From Bacillota bacterium (lineage in GTDB: Bacteria > Bacillota > Sulfobacillia > DUSP01 > DYEP01): a DNA stretch of 64,000 bases. Both the position numbers and the translations under genes were made by a program. The notes under the pieces were generated by a model. It was given only the letters and a program-made list of their open reading frames with translations. It did not search any database and was not told the origin of the DNA. Below are positions 43,770 through 53,086 of the stretch, piece after piece (positions within the stretch are counted from its first letter, which is position 1; every line of letters begins with the position of its first letter). The stretch spans positions 4,934 through 68,933 of the forward strand of contig JBFMAL010000010.1 of the NCBI GenBank assembly GCA_040755615.1, in the 5' to 3' direction.

Positions 43770-45149
43770 TTGTCCAAACTATGGGGCGGACGCTTTTCTG
43801 CAGACGGTGGCCAGAGAGCGGAGGAGTTCACCTCCTCCCTTTCTTTTGACAAAAGGCTCTACAGGCAGGACATCCAGGGGAGCGAAGCTCACGCGAGGAT
43901 GCTTGCACGGCAGGGCATTATATCGGAAGAGGAGTGCGCGCTCATCATCGGCGGGCTGAGACAATGCCTCTCAGAGATCGAGCGCGGAGAATTTCCTTTC
44001 AGGCAGGAGTTTGAGGATATACACCTGAACATTGAGCAACGACTTACAGAGATCATAGGACCTGCAGGCAGAAAGCTTCATACAGGCAGGAGCAGGAACG
44101 ACCAGGTGACGCTGGACATGCACCTTTATATCCGTTCCGAGTGCCAGGAAGTCCTGCTGCGTTTACGTTCATTGCAGCAAGCGCTGGTGGACAGGGCGGC
44201 GGAACACCTGGGAGTGATTATGCCTGGATTTACCCATTTCCAGCACGCACAGCCTGTCCTCTTTTCCCATTACCTTATGGCCTACTTCTGGATGTTTCAA
44301 CGGGACGCAGAGAGACTTGCTTTCTGTCTTAACCAGGTGGATCGACTCCCTCTCGGCGCGGCTGCACTGGCAGGCACTACCTACCCGCTGGACCCATCCA
44401 GTGTTGCCAGGGAACTTGGGTTCACAAGGCTTTACGACAACAGCATTGATGCGGTGTCGGATCGCGACTATCTACTTGAATTCCTGTTTTCCGCCGCTGT
44501 TATGGGAATGCACATGAGCAGGCTGGCGGAGGAACTCGTCGTAGGCTCATCACGAGAGTTTTCCTTCTACGAAATGGATGACGCGTTTGCGACCGGCTCG
44601 AGCATTATGCCACAGAAGAAGAACCCGGATGTATGCGAGCTTTTAAGGGGCAAGTCAGGCAGGCTTATTGGCAACCTGGTCTCGCTGCTTGTGGTCTTAA
44701 AGGGACTACCTCTCGCATACAACTCGGACATGCAGGAGGACAAGGAAGCAGTCTTCGATAGCGTTGATACTGTGAAGGCGTGCCTATCCATGCTTACCGG
44801 CGTGATTTCTACGATGAAACTGAACCCGGAGAGGATGCGGGAATCGATGTACCGGGACTTCTGCCTGGCCACTGAACTCGCGGACTACCTGGCTCAAAAA
44901 GGTATTGCGTTCAGGGATGCCCACCATATCGCCGGAAGGGCTGTAGCCTTTGCTGTGAATAAAGGCGTGGACATCTGGGAACTGACCCTCTCTGAATTAA
45001 GGGCGTTTTCGGACGTCATTGACGAGGACGTGTACGATTGCCTGAACTACGAGGTCGCTATACAAAGGCGCACAACACCAGGAGGTACCTCCAGGGAGAA
45101 CGTAGAACAACAGATCGCAAAAGCCCGGGCGCTACTTGAGGCGAAGTGA
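43770..45149 (+). CDS. argH: Argininosuccinate lyase
   Basis: LWGGRF N-terminus, TGRSRNDQV, and the GSSIMPQKKNPD signature loop. TTG start. Confidence 0.95.
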   Translation: MSKLWGGRFSADGGQRAEEFTSSLSFDKRLYRQDIQGSEAHARMLARQGIISEEECALIIGGLRQCLSEIERGEFPFRQEFEDIHLNIEQRLTEIIGPAGRKLHTGRSRNDQVTLDMHLYIRSECQEVLLRLRSLQQALVDRAAEHLGVIMPGFTHFQHAQPVLFSHYLMAYFWMFQRDAERLAFCLNQVDRLPLGAAALAGTTYPLDPSSVARELGFTRLYDNSIDAVSDRDYLLEFLFSAAVMGMHMSRLAEELVVGSSREFSFYEMDDAFATGSSIMPQKKNPDVCELLRGKSGRLIGNLVSLLVVLKGLPLAYNSDMQEDKEAVFDSVDTVKACLSMLTGVISTMKLNPERMRESMYRDFCLATELADYLAQKGIAFRDAHHIAGRAVAFAVNKGVDIWELTLSELRAFSDVIDEDVYDCLNYEVAIQRRTTPGGTSRENVEQQIAKARALLEAK

Positions 45150-45691
45150 TGGCCCGGCGCCAATGGGAAAGGGAGGGTAGCTGGGTGGGCGATGGTTCAA
45201 GCAGCCGGGACATTGAGCTCTGGCTGGATGACGCAGCTCGACTGTGGCTGGCCCATGATGGGATCTGGTTCCAGGCGGTCGAAAGCGAGTTCGGGCTTGC
45301 CACAGCGATAAAGCTGGACGAAATTGCGATGAAACGCTTTACGGTCATCGAAGCACAACGCATCAAGAAGCGGCTTGGTCTTGAGCAGGGAGGCGGGCTG
45401 AACGTGCTCAGGCGGGCGCTGGAGGCCAGGCTCTACGCCAGGCTTAATGAACAGGTGTTTGAGGAGTACGAGGACAGGCTCGTGTTTTCTATGAAGACCT
45501 GCCGTGTGCAAGCAGCGAGGAAACGGGCCAATCTACCTGATTTTCCGTGTAAATCGGTGGGTATCATTGAATATGAAGAATTTGCAAGAGAAATTGATCC
45601 TCGTATAAAGACTCGTTGCCTGTCGTGCCCTCCGGAGAGATCCGATATGAATGTATGGTGCAAATGGGAGTTTATACTCGATGGCTCCTGA
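45149..45691 (+). CDS. Conserved hypothetical protein (possibly DUF6125-like), translationally coupled to argH
   Basis: 180-aa ORF whose ATG overlaps the argH TGA. The WLAHDGIWFQAVE segment and Cys residues near the C-terminus are notable. The family assignment is from memory only. Confidence 0.55.
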   Translation: MARRQWEREGSWVGDGSSSRDIELWLDDAARLWLAHDGIWFQAVESEFGLATAIKLDEIAMKRFTVIEAQRIKKRLGLEQGGGLNVLRRALEARLYARLNEQVFEEYEDRLVFSMKTCRVQAARKRANLPDFPCKSVGIIEYEEFAREIDPRIKTRCLSCPPERSDMNVWCKWEFILDGS

Positions 45692-45760
45692 GCTTGGCAC
45701 AAATAATCAGCTCTGTTTGAGAGACAATAATGCTAAAGCAGTATTCTTGGAGGTGATATT

Positions 45761-45913
45761 ATGCCCAAGCAGCCCGGACCGACATTAGACCTGAACAGGT
45801 TTCAATATGAAGTCGCGGAAGAGATAAACCTGGACCTGCAGAGATTAAGACAGAAGAAGAACGCGCCCGGCTCCCCTCCTCCGCAAGGAACTCCGCCCCA
45901 ACCCAGGCAATAG
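45761..45913 (+). CDS. Small ORF (50 aa) not in the ORF track; Pro-rich tail, with a helix faintly resembling alpha/beta-type SASP helix 1
   Basis: GGAGGTGA RBS 5 nt upstream of the ATG. Product: MPKQPGPTLDLNRFQYEVAEEINLDLQRLRQKKNAPGSPPPQGTPPQPRQ. It is followed by a clean terminator. Confidence 0.5.
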   Translation: MPKQPGPTLDLNRFQYEVAEEINLDLQRLRQKKNAPGSPPPQGTPPQPRQ

Positions 45914-45932
45914 CAGAAAGAGATTTGAGATG

Positions 45933-45957
45933 ACCGGCCCGACGGGCCGGTATTTTC
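45933..45957 (+). terminator. Rho-independent terminator after the small ORF
   Basis: ACCGGCCC-GAC-GGGCCGGT followed by ATTTTCT. Confidence 0.75.
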
Positions 45958-46018
45958 TATGCAAATACAGGCAATGACAACCTGTAGGCACAATTATTGT
46001 TCAAAGCAGATCAAAGGA

Positions 46019-46921
46019 ATGGACAAGGGAATAGTAGAACTATATGTAGGGTTGGGAGGTAGTGCTGTTTTGTTGCATTTGCCGGAAGGAATTCCGGGAC
46101 AACCTACGGTATTTGGACTTTATGGCCGATCCGGCACAGGGAAAAGCCACAAAGCTCTTTTGCTTGCAAACGAGCTCGGTATCGACCTTCTGGTGGACGA
46201 TGGCCTGATTATCAAGGAGAGCAAGATCCTGGCGGGTAGATCGGCCAAGAGAGAGGATACCCGAGTAGGTGCAGTTCGGCGTGCCATTTTCTTTGACCCT
46301 GATGATGCCAGGGCTGCCCGGGAAGCGATACAGTCCGCAAAGCCCGAACGTGTGCTGATCCTCGGTACATCTGAGGCCATGATACACAGGATAGCAAAGG
46401 CGCTGTCGCTGCCTGACCCTGAGCGGTTAATCGCCATCGAGGAAGTCGCCAGCCGGGAAGAGATCGCGAAGGCACAACGCATAAGAAAAGAACAAGGGAA
46501 GCACGTGATTCCCGCACCTACACTCGAGGTGAAAAAGACTTTTTCCGGTTATCTGGTAGACCCTTTGCGCCTGCTCTTGGCGAGGAGGGGTGGTTCAAAG
46601 CCCGATCTGGTGGTTGAGAAGTCAGTTGTAAAACCCACCTACAGCTCTCTCGGAAGGTTCTACGTAGCTGATACTGTGGTCTTGACCATCGTTGCCTGTG
46701 AGGCTACAAAAGTGAAAGACCTCACAAGTGCGTCCAAGATCACGGTACAGGGCAGAGAAGACGGAGTGATCATCGCGTTCGAGGCTGTTGTACGGTACGG
46801 GGTCAATGTGATACAGGTATTGGCAGAAGTGCAAAAATGCGTCAAGGAAGCGGTCGAGTACATGACTGCCTTAAACGTTCTCTCAGTAAATATCACTGCA
46901 AGGCGGGTAAGCCTGGAGTAG
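46019..46921 (+). CDS. Two-domain protein: HPr-kinase-C-like P-loop domain + Asp23/Gls24 (DUF322) domain
   Basis: GLYGRSGTGKSHKALLLANELGIDLLVDDGLII resembles the HprK Walker A region. The C-terminal ~110 aa (YVADTVVLTIVACEATKV...GVNVIQVLAEVQKCVKEAVEYMTALNV) resembles Asp23. The start is uncertain (ATG 46019 or TTG 46070). ATG 45959 abuts the terminator. Confidence 0.6.
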   Translation: MDKGIVELYVGLGGSAVLLHLPEGIPGQPTVFGLYGRSGTGKSHKALLLANELGIDLLVDDGLIIKESKILAGRSAKREDTRVGAVRRAIFFDPDDARAAREAIQSAKPERVLILGTSEAMIHRIAKALSLPDPERLIAIEEVASREEIAKAQRIRKEQGKHVIPAPTLEVKKTFSGYLVDPLRLLLARRGGSKPDLVVEKSVVKPTYSSLGRFYVADTVVLTIVACEATKVKDLTSASKITVQGREDGVIIAFEAVVRYGVNVIQVLAEVQKCVKEAVEYMTALNVLSVNITARRVSLE

Positions 46922-46947
46922 AGGCTGTGGGAGGTGGGCTTTTAGTC

Positions 46948-48552
46948 TTGGACAGAGCAATGGTGTTCGGTCTCATAGGTGGCCTGGGTCTTTTCATTTT
47001 TGGCATGCGTACAATGGGAGAAGGCCTGCAAAGAGCTGCGGGTGACAGGATGCGGAAGATTCTCGAAGCACTTACCGCCAATCCTTTTATGGGAGTGATC
47101 ATGGGAACCTTTGTAACCGCCCTGGTTCAGTCTTCGAGCGCTACTACAGTCATGGTAGTGGGCTTTGTTAACGCGGGGCTGATGAGCCTTCACCAGGCAG
47201 CCGGGGTCATCATGGGGGCGAATATAGGGACAACGTTCACCGCGCAGCTGATCGCGTTCAAATTGACGGACTACGCCCTGCCCTCGCTCGGTACCGGTGT
47301 CGGGATGTACCTTTTCGCCAAGCGCAAGTCTACTAAGAACCTGGGTTATGCTCTGGCAGGGTTCGGCATGTTGTTCTTGGGTATGGGAATTATGACGAGC
47401 GCGCTAAAACCCCTGGGTTCGATGCCTGCATTCGTCAATCTCACCGCCGAGCTCGCCACCCATCCTATACTCGGCGTATTGGTCGGCGTGGCTTTCACCA
47501 GTCTAATACAGTCATCGACCGCGACTATAGGTATTCTCCAGGGCCTTGCGGCAGGGGGCGTGGTCAGCCTAAATGCAGCCCTCCCGGTGCTGTTCGGGGA
47601 TAACATCGGTACGTGCATTACGGCGCTTCTTGCCAGCATTGGTGCAAGCGTCACTGCCAGGCGTGCCGCCGGTATACACCTTCTGTTCAATCTTATCGGG
47701 ACTGTGATCTTCCTTATTTTGCTTCCGGTGGTAGCCCCTTTGGTACGTTTGACCTCGTCAGACCCTGTCAGACAAATTGCCAACGCGCACACCCTCTTCA
47801 ACGTTAGCAATACGCTGTTCCAGCTACCCTTCATCGCGTTGCTGGTAGCCGTTGTTACCAAGATTGTGCCGGGAAGCGATCCCATGGTAGAACGCGGCGT
47901 AAAGTACTTGGACAAGCGCTTGCTCGAGACTCCCACCATTGCTTTAGCACAGGCGGAGAAAGAAGTCTTACGTATGGGGCTTCTTGCCAGAGAGACGCTG
48001 CATGACGCTTTTACAGGCTTTCTCCGCTGTGATGACAGATCCATAGCCAGTGCATATGCGAAGGAAGAGGTTGTTAACGAGTTGGAAAGGGAAACTGTGG
48101 TATATCTCGTATCGCTCTCTCAGAAGCTGTTATCCGAGAAAGAATCGGCACGTTTGAACTTAATCTACAACGTGATCAATGATGCAGAGAGAGTTGGCGA
48201 TCATGCTGAGAACATCGCTGAGCTGGGTGAGTACAGGATGGAACACAACCTCCCCTTCTCGCCGGAAGCCCAAGCAGGTTTGACCCGGATGTACACCAAG
48301 GTGATGGACACGTTAAACAATGCACTGGAGGCTTTCCGGACGGGCAACCCGGGTCTTGCCGAACAGGCCATTCAGGGAGAAGACATCATTGACGCCATGG
48401 AAAAAGAGATGCGACGCGCCCATATTCGACGCCTCAACGAAGGCAGGTGCTTCCCCGGGTCCGGCGTGGTGTTCCTCGATGTTATCAGCAACCTGGAACG
48501 AATCGGGGACCATGCCTCTTCAATTGCCCATGGCGTGCTGGGAGGCACATGA
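46948..48552 (+). CDS. Na/Pi-cotransporter-family protein with C-terminal PhoU-like repeats
   Basis: GMRTMGEGLQ, QSSSATT and QSSTAT repeats, and PhoU-like ERVGDHAENI / ERIGDHASSI. The start is TTG 46948 or ATG 46960, after GGAGGTGGG. Confidence 0.8.
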   Translation: MDRAMVFGLIGGLGLFIFGMRTMGEGLQRAAGDRMRKILEALTANPFMGVIMGTFVTALVQSSSATTVMVVGFVNAGLMSLHQAAGVIMGANIGTTFTAQLIAFKLTDYALPSLGTGVGMYLFAKRKSTKNLGYALAGFGMLFLGMGIMTSALKPLGSMPAFVNLTAELATHPILGVLVGVAFTSLIQSSTATIGILQGLAAGGVVSLNAALPVLFGDNIGTCITALLASIGASVTARRAAGIHLLFNLIGTVIFLILLPVVAPLVRLTSSDPVRQIANAHTLFNVSNTLFQLPFIALLVAVVTKIVPGSDPMVERGVKYLDKRLLETPTIALAQAEKEVLRMGLLARETLHDAFTGFLRCDDRSIASAYAKEEVVNELERETVVYLVSLSQKLLSEKESARLNLIYNVINDAERVGDHAENIAELGEYRMEHNLPFSPEAQAGLTRMYTKVMDTLNNALEAFRTGNPGLAEQAIQGEDIIDAMEKEMRRAHIRRLNEGRCFPGSGVVFLDVISNLERIGDHASSIAHGVLGGT

Positions 48553-48630
48553 TCGTGAAAGGAAAGTGCTGAGTACGAGTAGAATATGATATTTTGAAAA
48601 GTGAGTCACTGACTGTGGAGGTATCCGGTT

Positions 48631-49998
48631 GTGAGGATGCAGTACGGGCTCAGCCTTCAGCAAACTCAAAAGCTGATAATGACGCCGCAACTCAGGCAGG
48701 CCATCACCATATTACAGCTTGGGGCGCTTGAGCTTTCCCAGTACATCCTCGAACAGATATATGAAAACCCACTGTTGGAGCTTGGAGACGACCCAGCTCA
48801 GAGCAATCACGAACGAGACATAGAGGAGCTTATGAGCGAGCCGGAATGGCTTCAATACTTTGATGACTCAAGCGACTTGGGCTACGTGTCATCCTATTCA
48901 GACGACCCTCCTCCCTATGAGAGCGTGATTTCGCAATCCCCTACCTTGCAGGAGCACATGCTTTTCCAGGTGCACCTTCTCTCTCTTACGCCTGAAGAAT
49001 TGAGAATTGCCGAGTACTTTATAGGCAATCTGGACCGTTTCGGGTATTTGAAGGTTGGAGTGCCGGACGTCTGCCGTGACCTTGGTGTCAGTGAAGGCTC
49101 TGCCGAGAAAGTGCTCATGGTGCTGCAATCGCTGGATCCTCCCGGCGTGTGCGCCCGGGACCTGCAGGAGTGTTTGCTCATCCAGGCCGCGGCCAGAGGC
49201 GAGGGGCCTCTCGTGATGCGGATCATCCGCGAACACCTCGAGGATCTGGGTATGGGCAAGTACTGCAGGATCGGAGAGAAACTCGGGGTGCCCGTGACCG
49301 AGGTCCAGAAAGCAGCAGACAGGATAAAAACGTTGAACCCGCGACCCGGCAATGGTTTTGGCGGAGGCCAGGATACCCGCTACATTATTCCGGACGTGAC
49401 CGTGCATCGAGTAGACGGGGAGTATGTTGTGCAAGTGAACGATTCTGCAGTGCCGAGGCTTGGAATCAGCAGGACGTACCGCAAGATCCTTTCGGAGCGC
49501 GGTGAAGAGGAAACTCGAAAGTTCGTTGAAGCGAAACTCTCCTCTGCGCTCTGGGTGTTAAGGAGTATCGAGCAGAGGCGTATAACGCTGTACAGAGTTG
49601 TTGAGAGTATCGTGAAGGTACAGCGTGATTTCTTCGACCGGGGGATCCGGCATTTAAAGCCTATGACGCTTAAGGACATCGCAGGTCTCATCGGTATGCA
49701 CGAATCCACGATCTCGCGGGCGACCGCCAACAAGTATGTTCAGACCCCCCACGGCGTTTTTGAATTGAGGTTCTTTTTTTCAAGCGGAGTGGACAGTCAA
49801 AAGGGAAAGGTCTCTGCCCAAAGCGTCAAGAAGCACATAAGGGAAATGATCATGAGGGAAGATCCGAAGGAGCCACTGAGTGACCATCGCATCGCGGAGA
49901 TCCTGGCCAGCCGGGGTATATATATCTCAAGAAGGACAGTTGCGAAATATCGGACCGACGCAGGTATTTTGCCATCGTGTCAGAGGAAACGCTATTAG
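48631..49998 (+). CDS. rpoN: RNA polymerase sigma-54 factor
   Basis: Region I (LSLQQTQKLIMTPQLRQAITILQL), an HTH, and the RpoN box (ISRRTVAKYR). Confidence 0.9.
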   Translation: MRMQYGLSLQQTQKLIMTPQLRQAITILQLGALELSQYILEQIYENPLLELGDDPAQSNHERDIEELMSEPEWLQYFDDSSDLGYVSSYSDDPPPYESVISQSPTLQEHMLFQVHLLSLTPEELRIAEYFIGNLDRFGYLKVGVPDVCRDLGVSEGSAEKVLMVLQSLDPPGVCARDLQECLLIQAAARGEGPLVMRIIREHLEDLGMGKYCRIGEKLGVPVTEVQKAADRIKTLNPRPGNGFGGGQDTRYIIPDVTVHRVDGEYVVQVNDSAVPRLGISRTYRKILSERGEEETRKFVEAKLSSALWVLRSIEQRRITLYRVVESIVKVQRDFFDRGIRHLKPMTLKDIAGLIGMHESTISRATANKYVQTPHGVFELRFFFSSGVDSQKGKVSAQSVKKHIREMIMREDPKEPLSDHRIAEILASRGIYISRRTVAKYRTDAGILPSCQRKRY

Positions 49999-50071
49999 AT
50001 GATTGAATATGACAGGAGCGGCCGGCCTGCCTCGGGCAGAGCTGGCGCAATTGTTTCAGGGGGGCTGTTTG

Positions 50072-50560
50072 TTGAGAATTAGCCTGATCAGAGTGGACGA
50101 TCGACTGGTTCACGGGCAGGTACTCGCAGGATGGGCCAGGATACTCGGAGTACAGACAATCGTGGTTGCAGATGACGAAGCGTATGGCGATACGCTTACC
50201 AGGAGCCTCATGGAAGCAGCCGCTCCGCCCGGAATGAAGATAATCGTGTGCACCGTGGACGAAATCTCCCGGATCGTCCATGCCGCCGACGACCGGTCGT
50301 GCGCTCTGGTGCTTGTTCGCGACCCAGCAGCAGCGTTGAGGCTTCGCGAGATACTCCCATACGACAGGCTTAACCTCGGAGGTGTAGGTCTTGCACCCGG
50401 CCGCTCTCCCTTTTTTAGGAACATCTATTTGTCCGACCAGGAGCGCGGGATGCTGAAAGCACTATGCGATAGGGGCGTGGAAGTGAAAGTACAGGTTGTA
50501 CCGTCTGACGCGCCTGTTGATTTCTCCCAGTTGAATGCAAAGAGGAGCGAGACCTGTTGA
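50072..50560 (+). CDS. PTS mannose/sorbose-family EIIB component
   Basis: The IRVDDRLVHGQV phospho-His motif. TTG 50072 follows a G-rich RBS. The ORF-track start at 50003 adds an atypical extension. Confidence 0.8.
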   Translation: MRISLIRVDDRLVHGQVLAGWARILGVQTIVVADDEAYGDTLTRSLMEAAAPPGMKIIVCTVDEISRIVHAADDRSCALVLVRDPAAALRLREILPYDRLNLGGVGLAPGRSPFFRNIYLSDQERGMLKALCDRGVEVKVQVVPSDAPVDFSQLNAKRSETC

Positions 50561-51282
50561 GCTGGGTGCAAATCCTTGCCGTATCCGTCGTATACTATTT
50601 GGCCCAGAGCCCATGGCTTGCGGGCGCGGCCTACTGGACCATTTATCGCCCATTAGTCGCAGGTTTCGTTACTGGCATGATCCTTGGGGACCCAGTGCTT
50701 GGGCTGATGCTCGGGGCCGGCATCAACCTCATCTATCTTGGTTTCATTGCCGCAGGAGGAGCGATCCCCGGCGACCCTGCAGCTGCAGGGTACATCGCCG
50801 TGGCAGTCGCCCTGGCGCACGGCCTGAGCCGAGGTCAGGCGTTTGCTCTATCTTTAGTAGTAGGCCTTGCGGGGGCCTACCTCTGGCACACGCGCCTCAA
50901 GATATGCAATTTCATCGCCGAAAGGGCCGCGTGCGCCGCGGAAAGCGGCGACATGAGGACGCTCGCACTACTGAATGCCGGAGCTCAGATACCCGTATTC
51001 TTGCTTTACTTTCTATCTGCAGCGCTGGTACTCACACTGAGCGAACAGGTTGCCGGCGCGATCACAGGCCTTGACCGTGCAGTAAACGGAGGTATTTCGC
51101 TTTTTGGCTCACTCCTGCCCTACCTGGGGATATCGTCGGTGGTGGTTTCCCGCATGCATTATGCCCTGCCTTCAGCGCTTTTGGCTTTTCTCACACACAG
51201 ATACCTCGGCTTTCCAGCTGTTCTTGCTCTCATCCCTTTTTTATTGATGCTGCAACTGAGGGGGGTCCGCCGTGCCAGATAA
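50557..51282 (+). CDS. PTS mannose/sorbose-family EIIC component
   Basis: 241-aa polytopic protein with a ManY/AgaC-like N-terminal pattern (RPLVAGFVTGMILGDPVLGLMLGAGINLIYLG). Confidence 0.8.
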   Translation: MSWVQILAVSVVYYLAQSPWLAGAAYWTIYRPLVAGFVTGMILGDPVLGLMLGAGINLIYLGFIAAGGAIPGDPAAAGYIAVAVALAHGLSRGQAFALSLVVGLAGAYLWHTRLKICNFIAERAACAAESGDMRTLALLNAGAQIPVFLLYFLSAALVLTLSEQVAGAITGLDRAVNGGISLFGSLLPYLGISSVVVSRMHYALPSALLAFLTHRYLGFPAVLALIPFLLMLQLRGVRRAR

Positions 51283-51988
51283 AGCGACGCATTCGGCATT
51301 CCGCACGTGGCTCATCTGGACCTTCCTTTCTCACTCGTGCTACAGTTACGCGCGATTCCAGGGGGTTGGGCTTGCCCACTCCATGATCCCCGTACTCAGC
51401 CAACTGCCCGAAGAAGAAAGGCGGCGCGCGCTTTCCGAGTACGTCGAGCCGTTTAACTGTGAACCTAACCTTGCGCAGGTGCTTGTTGGAGCAATGGCGC
51501 GCATGGAACAGGCCGGTGGCGGTACGAAGGCGCGCCGGCTCAAATCCACCGCTTCTGCTTCTCTTTCAGGGGTGGGGGACAGCTTGACCCAGGCAGGAGT
51601 CGGGCCCTTTGCTCTGTCTGTTGCGCTGATGTGTGCCTTGTCCGGGTACGTCCAGTCCGCCTTCTGGTACGCGGTCTTCATGTCGCTGGCGGTATGGTGC
51701 CTTGGAGGGTTTCTCTTCTCGTTCGGCTACAGGCACGGGGTAGGCGCCATACGGCGTGTGATGAACGGAAGCGTTCAGGCGGTTATATCCGCTGGGTCTG
51801 CGGCTGGAGCCCTAGTTGTGAGCGGTGCTCTTGCATCGAGGTACACGGAGGTATCAAGCTTTCACCCGGCGGTTGCACTCAGCGTGCTGGCGTTTAGCTA
51901 CATATGCCTCCGGCGTGGACTGAGGCCTGCCCAGGTGGCAGCAGTAATCTTCGGTGCATCGGTCATCGCTTCATCCTTGCTACACTAA
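51272..51988 (+). CDS. PTS mannose/sorbose-family EIID component (divergent, short)
   Basis: Its position after EIIC, the pattern FRTWLIW...SYARFQGVGLAHSMIPVL...EPFNCEPNLAQVLVGAMARME, and C-terminal TM helices. Confidence 0.7.
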   Translation: MPDKATHSAFRTWLIWTFLSHSCYSYARFQGVGLAHSMIPVLSQLPEEERRRALSEYVEPFNCEPNLAQVLVGAMARMEQAGGGTKARRLKSTASASLSGVGDSLTQAGVGPFALSVALMCALSGYVQSAFWYAVFMSLAVWCLGGFLFSFGYRHGVGAIRRVMNGSVQAVISAGSAAGALVVSGALASRYTEVSSFHPAVALSVLAFSYICLRRGLRPAQVAAVIFGASVIASSLLH

Positions 51989-52035
51989 ATCGTTGAAGAT
52001 GGGGAAAATAGATTTGGCAAGACCCGCCCATTTAC

Positions 52036-52044
52036 TGGTATAAT
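52036..52044 (+). promoter_or_regulatory. Extended -10 element (TGGTATAAT) upstream of gap
   Basis: TGnTATAAT lies 32 nt upstream of the gap start. A TTGGCA is present upstream but at non-optimal 19-nt spacing. Confidence 0.45.
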
Positions 52045-52075
52045 GTACCTAGTTGATTGTTAGGAGGGAACGTTC

Positions 52076-53086
52076 TTGGTCAGGGTTGGTATTAACGGAT
52101 TCGGTCGGATTGGAAGGCTTTTCTTCAGGTGGGCATTGGAGGCGCCCAACGACATTCAGTTATGCGCGGTCAACGATCTGTGGGATCCCAAGACCCTTGC
52201 ACATCTGTTAAAATATGACTCGAATTACGGTATTCTTGACGCGGATGTGAAAGCAGGCGACGGGTGTATCATTGTCAACGGGCATCGGGTGGCAGTAACT
52301 GCGGAGAAGAACCCCGCGGACATTCCATGGAATGAACTGGGCGCACAGATCGTGGTGGAATCAACGGGAAGGTTCGTGGACAGGGATACGGCCGCGCTTC
52401 ATATGGCCCGAGGCGGGGTATCCAAGGTGATCATCTCAGCGCCAGGCAAGAAGGAAGACCTTACAGTGGTCATAGGCGTGAACGACCACATCTATGACCC
52501 AGAAAAGCATCACGTAATCTCGAACGCGTCCTGCACCACGAACTGCCTTGCGCCATGTGTCAAGGTATTGCATGATGCGTTTACGGTAAAACGGGGTCTG
52601 ATGACCACAGTCCACGCATATACCAACGACCAGCAGATCCTGGATCTGGCCCATAAGGACCTCAGGCGGGCACGGGCGGCCGCGATGTCCATCATACCGA
52701 CGACCACCGGGGCGGCGAAGGCAGTGAGCCTGGTGTTGCCTGAACTGAAGGGCAAACTGAACGGGTTTGCGCTGCGTGTGCCCACTTCAACAGTATCCAT
52801 TGTGGACTTCGTCGCCGAGGTCGAAAAACAGGTGACTAGGGAAGAGGTCAACGACAAAATGAAAGAGGCCTCGGAGGGTGCGCTCCGCGGCATACTTGGT
52901 TACTCTGAAGAGCCGCTGGTGAGCGTGGACTACAAGGGTTGCAGGCTCTCCGCCGTTATCGATGCAGAATCCACCATGGTGATGGAAGGAAACCTGGTAA
53001 AGGTGATCGCATGGTACGACAACGAAGCAGGGTACTCCTCCAGACTGCTTGATCTGGTGAAACTCGTCGCCTCAAAAGGGCTTTAG
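52076..53086 (+). CDS. gap: Glyceraldehyde-3-phosphate dehydrogenase
   Basis: INGFGRIGR and the ASCTTNCLAP active site. Confidence 0.95.
   Translation: MVRVGINGFGRIGRLFFRWALEAPNDIQLCAVNDLWDPKTLAHLLKYDSNYGILDADVKAGDGCIIVNGHRVAVTAEKNPADIPWNELGAQIVVESTGRFVDRDTAALHMARGGVSKVIISAPGKKEDLTVVIGVNDHIYDPEKHHVISNASCTTNCLAPCVKVLHDAFTVKRGLMTTVHAYTNDQQILDLAHKDLRRARAAAMSIIPTTTGAAKAVSLVLPELKGKLNGFALRVPTSTVSIVDFVAEVEKQVTREEVNDKMKEASEGALRGILGYSEEPLVSVDYKGCRLSAVIDAESTMVMEGNLVKVIAWYDNEAGYSSRLLDLVKLVASKGL

Noticed and set aside
50042-50057. A sigma-54-like motif, TGGCGCAATTGTTTCA, just upstream of the PTS EIIB gene.
   Set aside because: The invariant -12 GC is TC here. A start site about 12 nt downstream would also remove the RBS of the EIIB gene. 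It is probably chance similarity.
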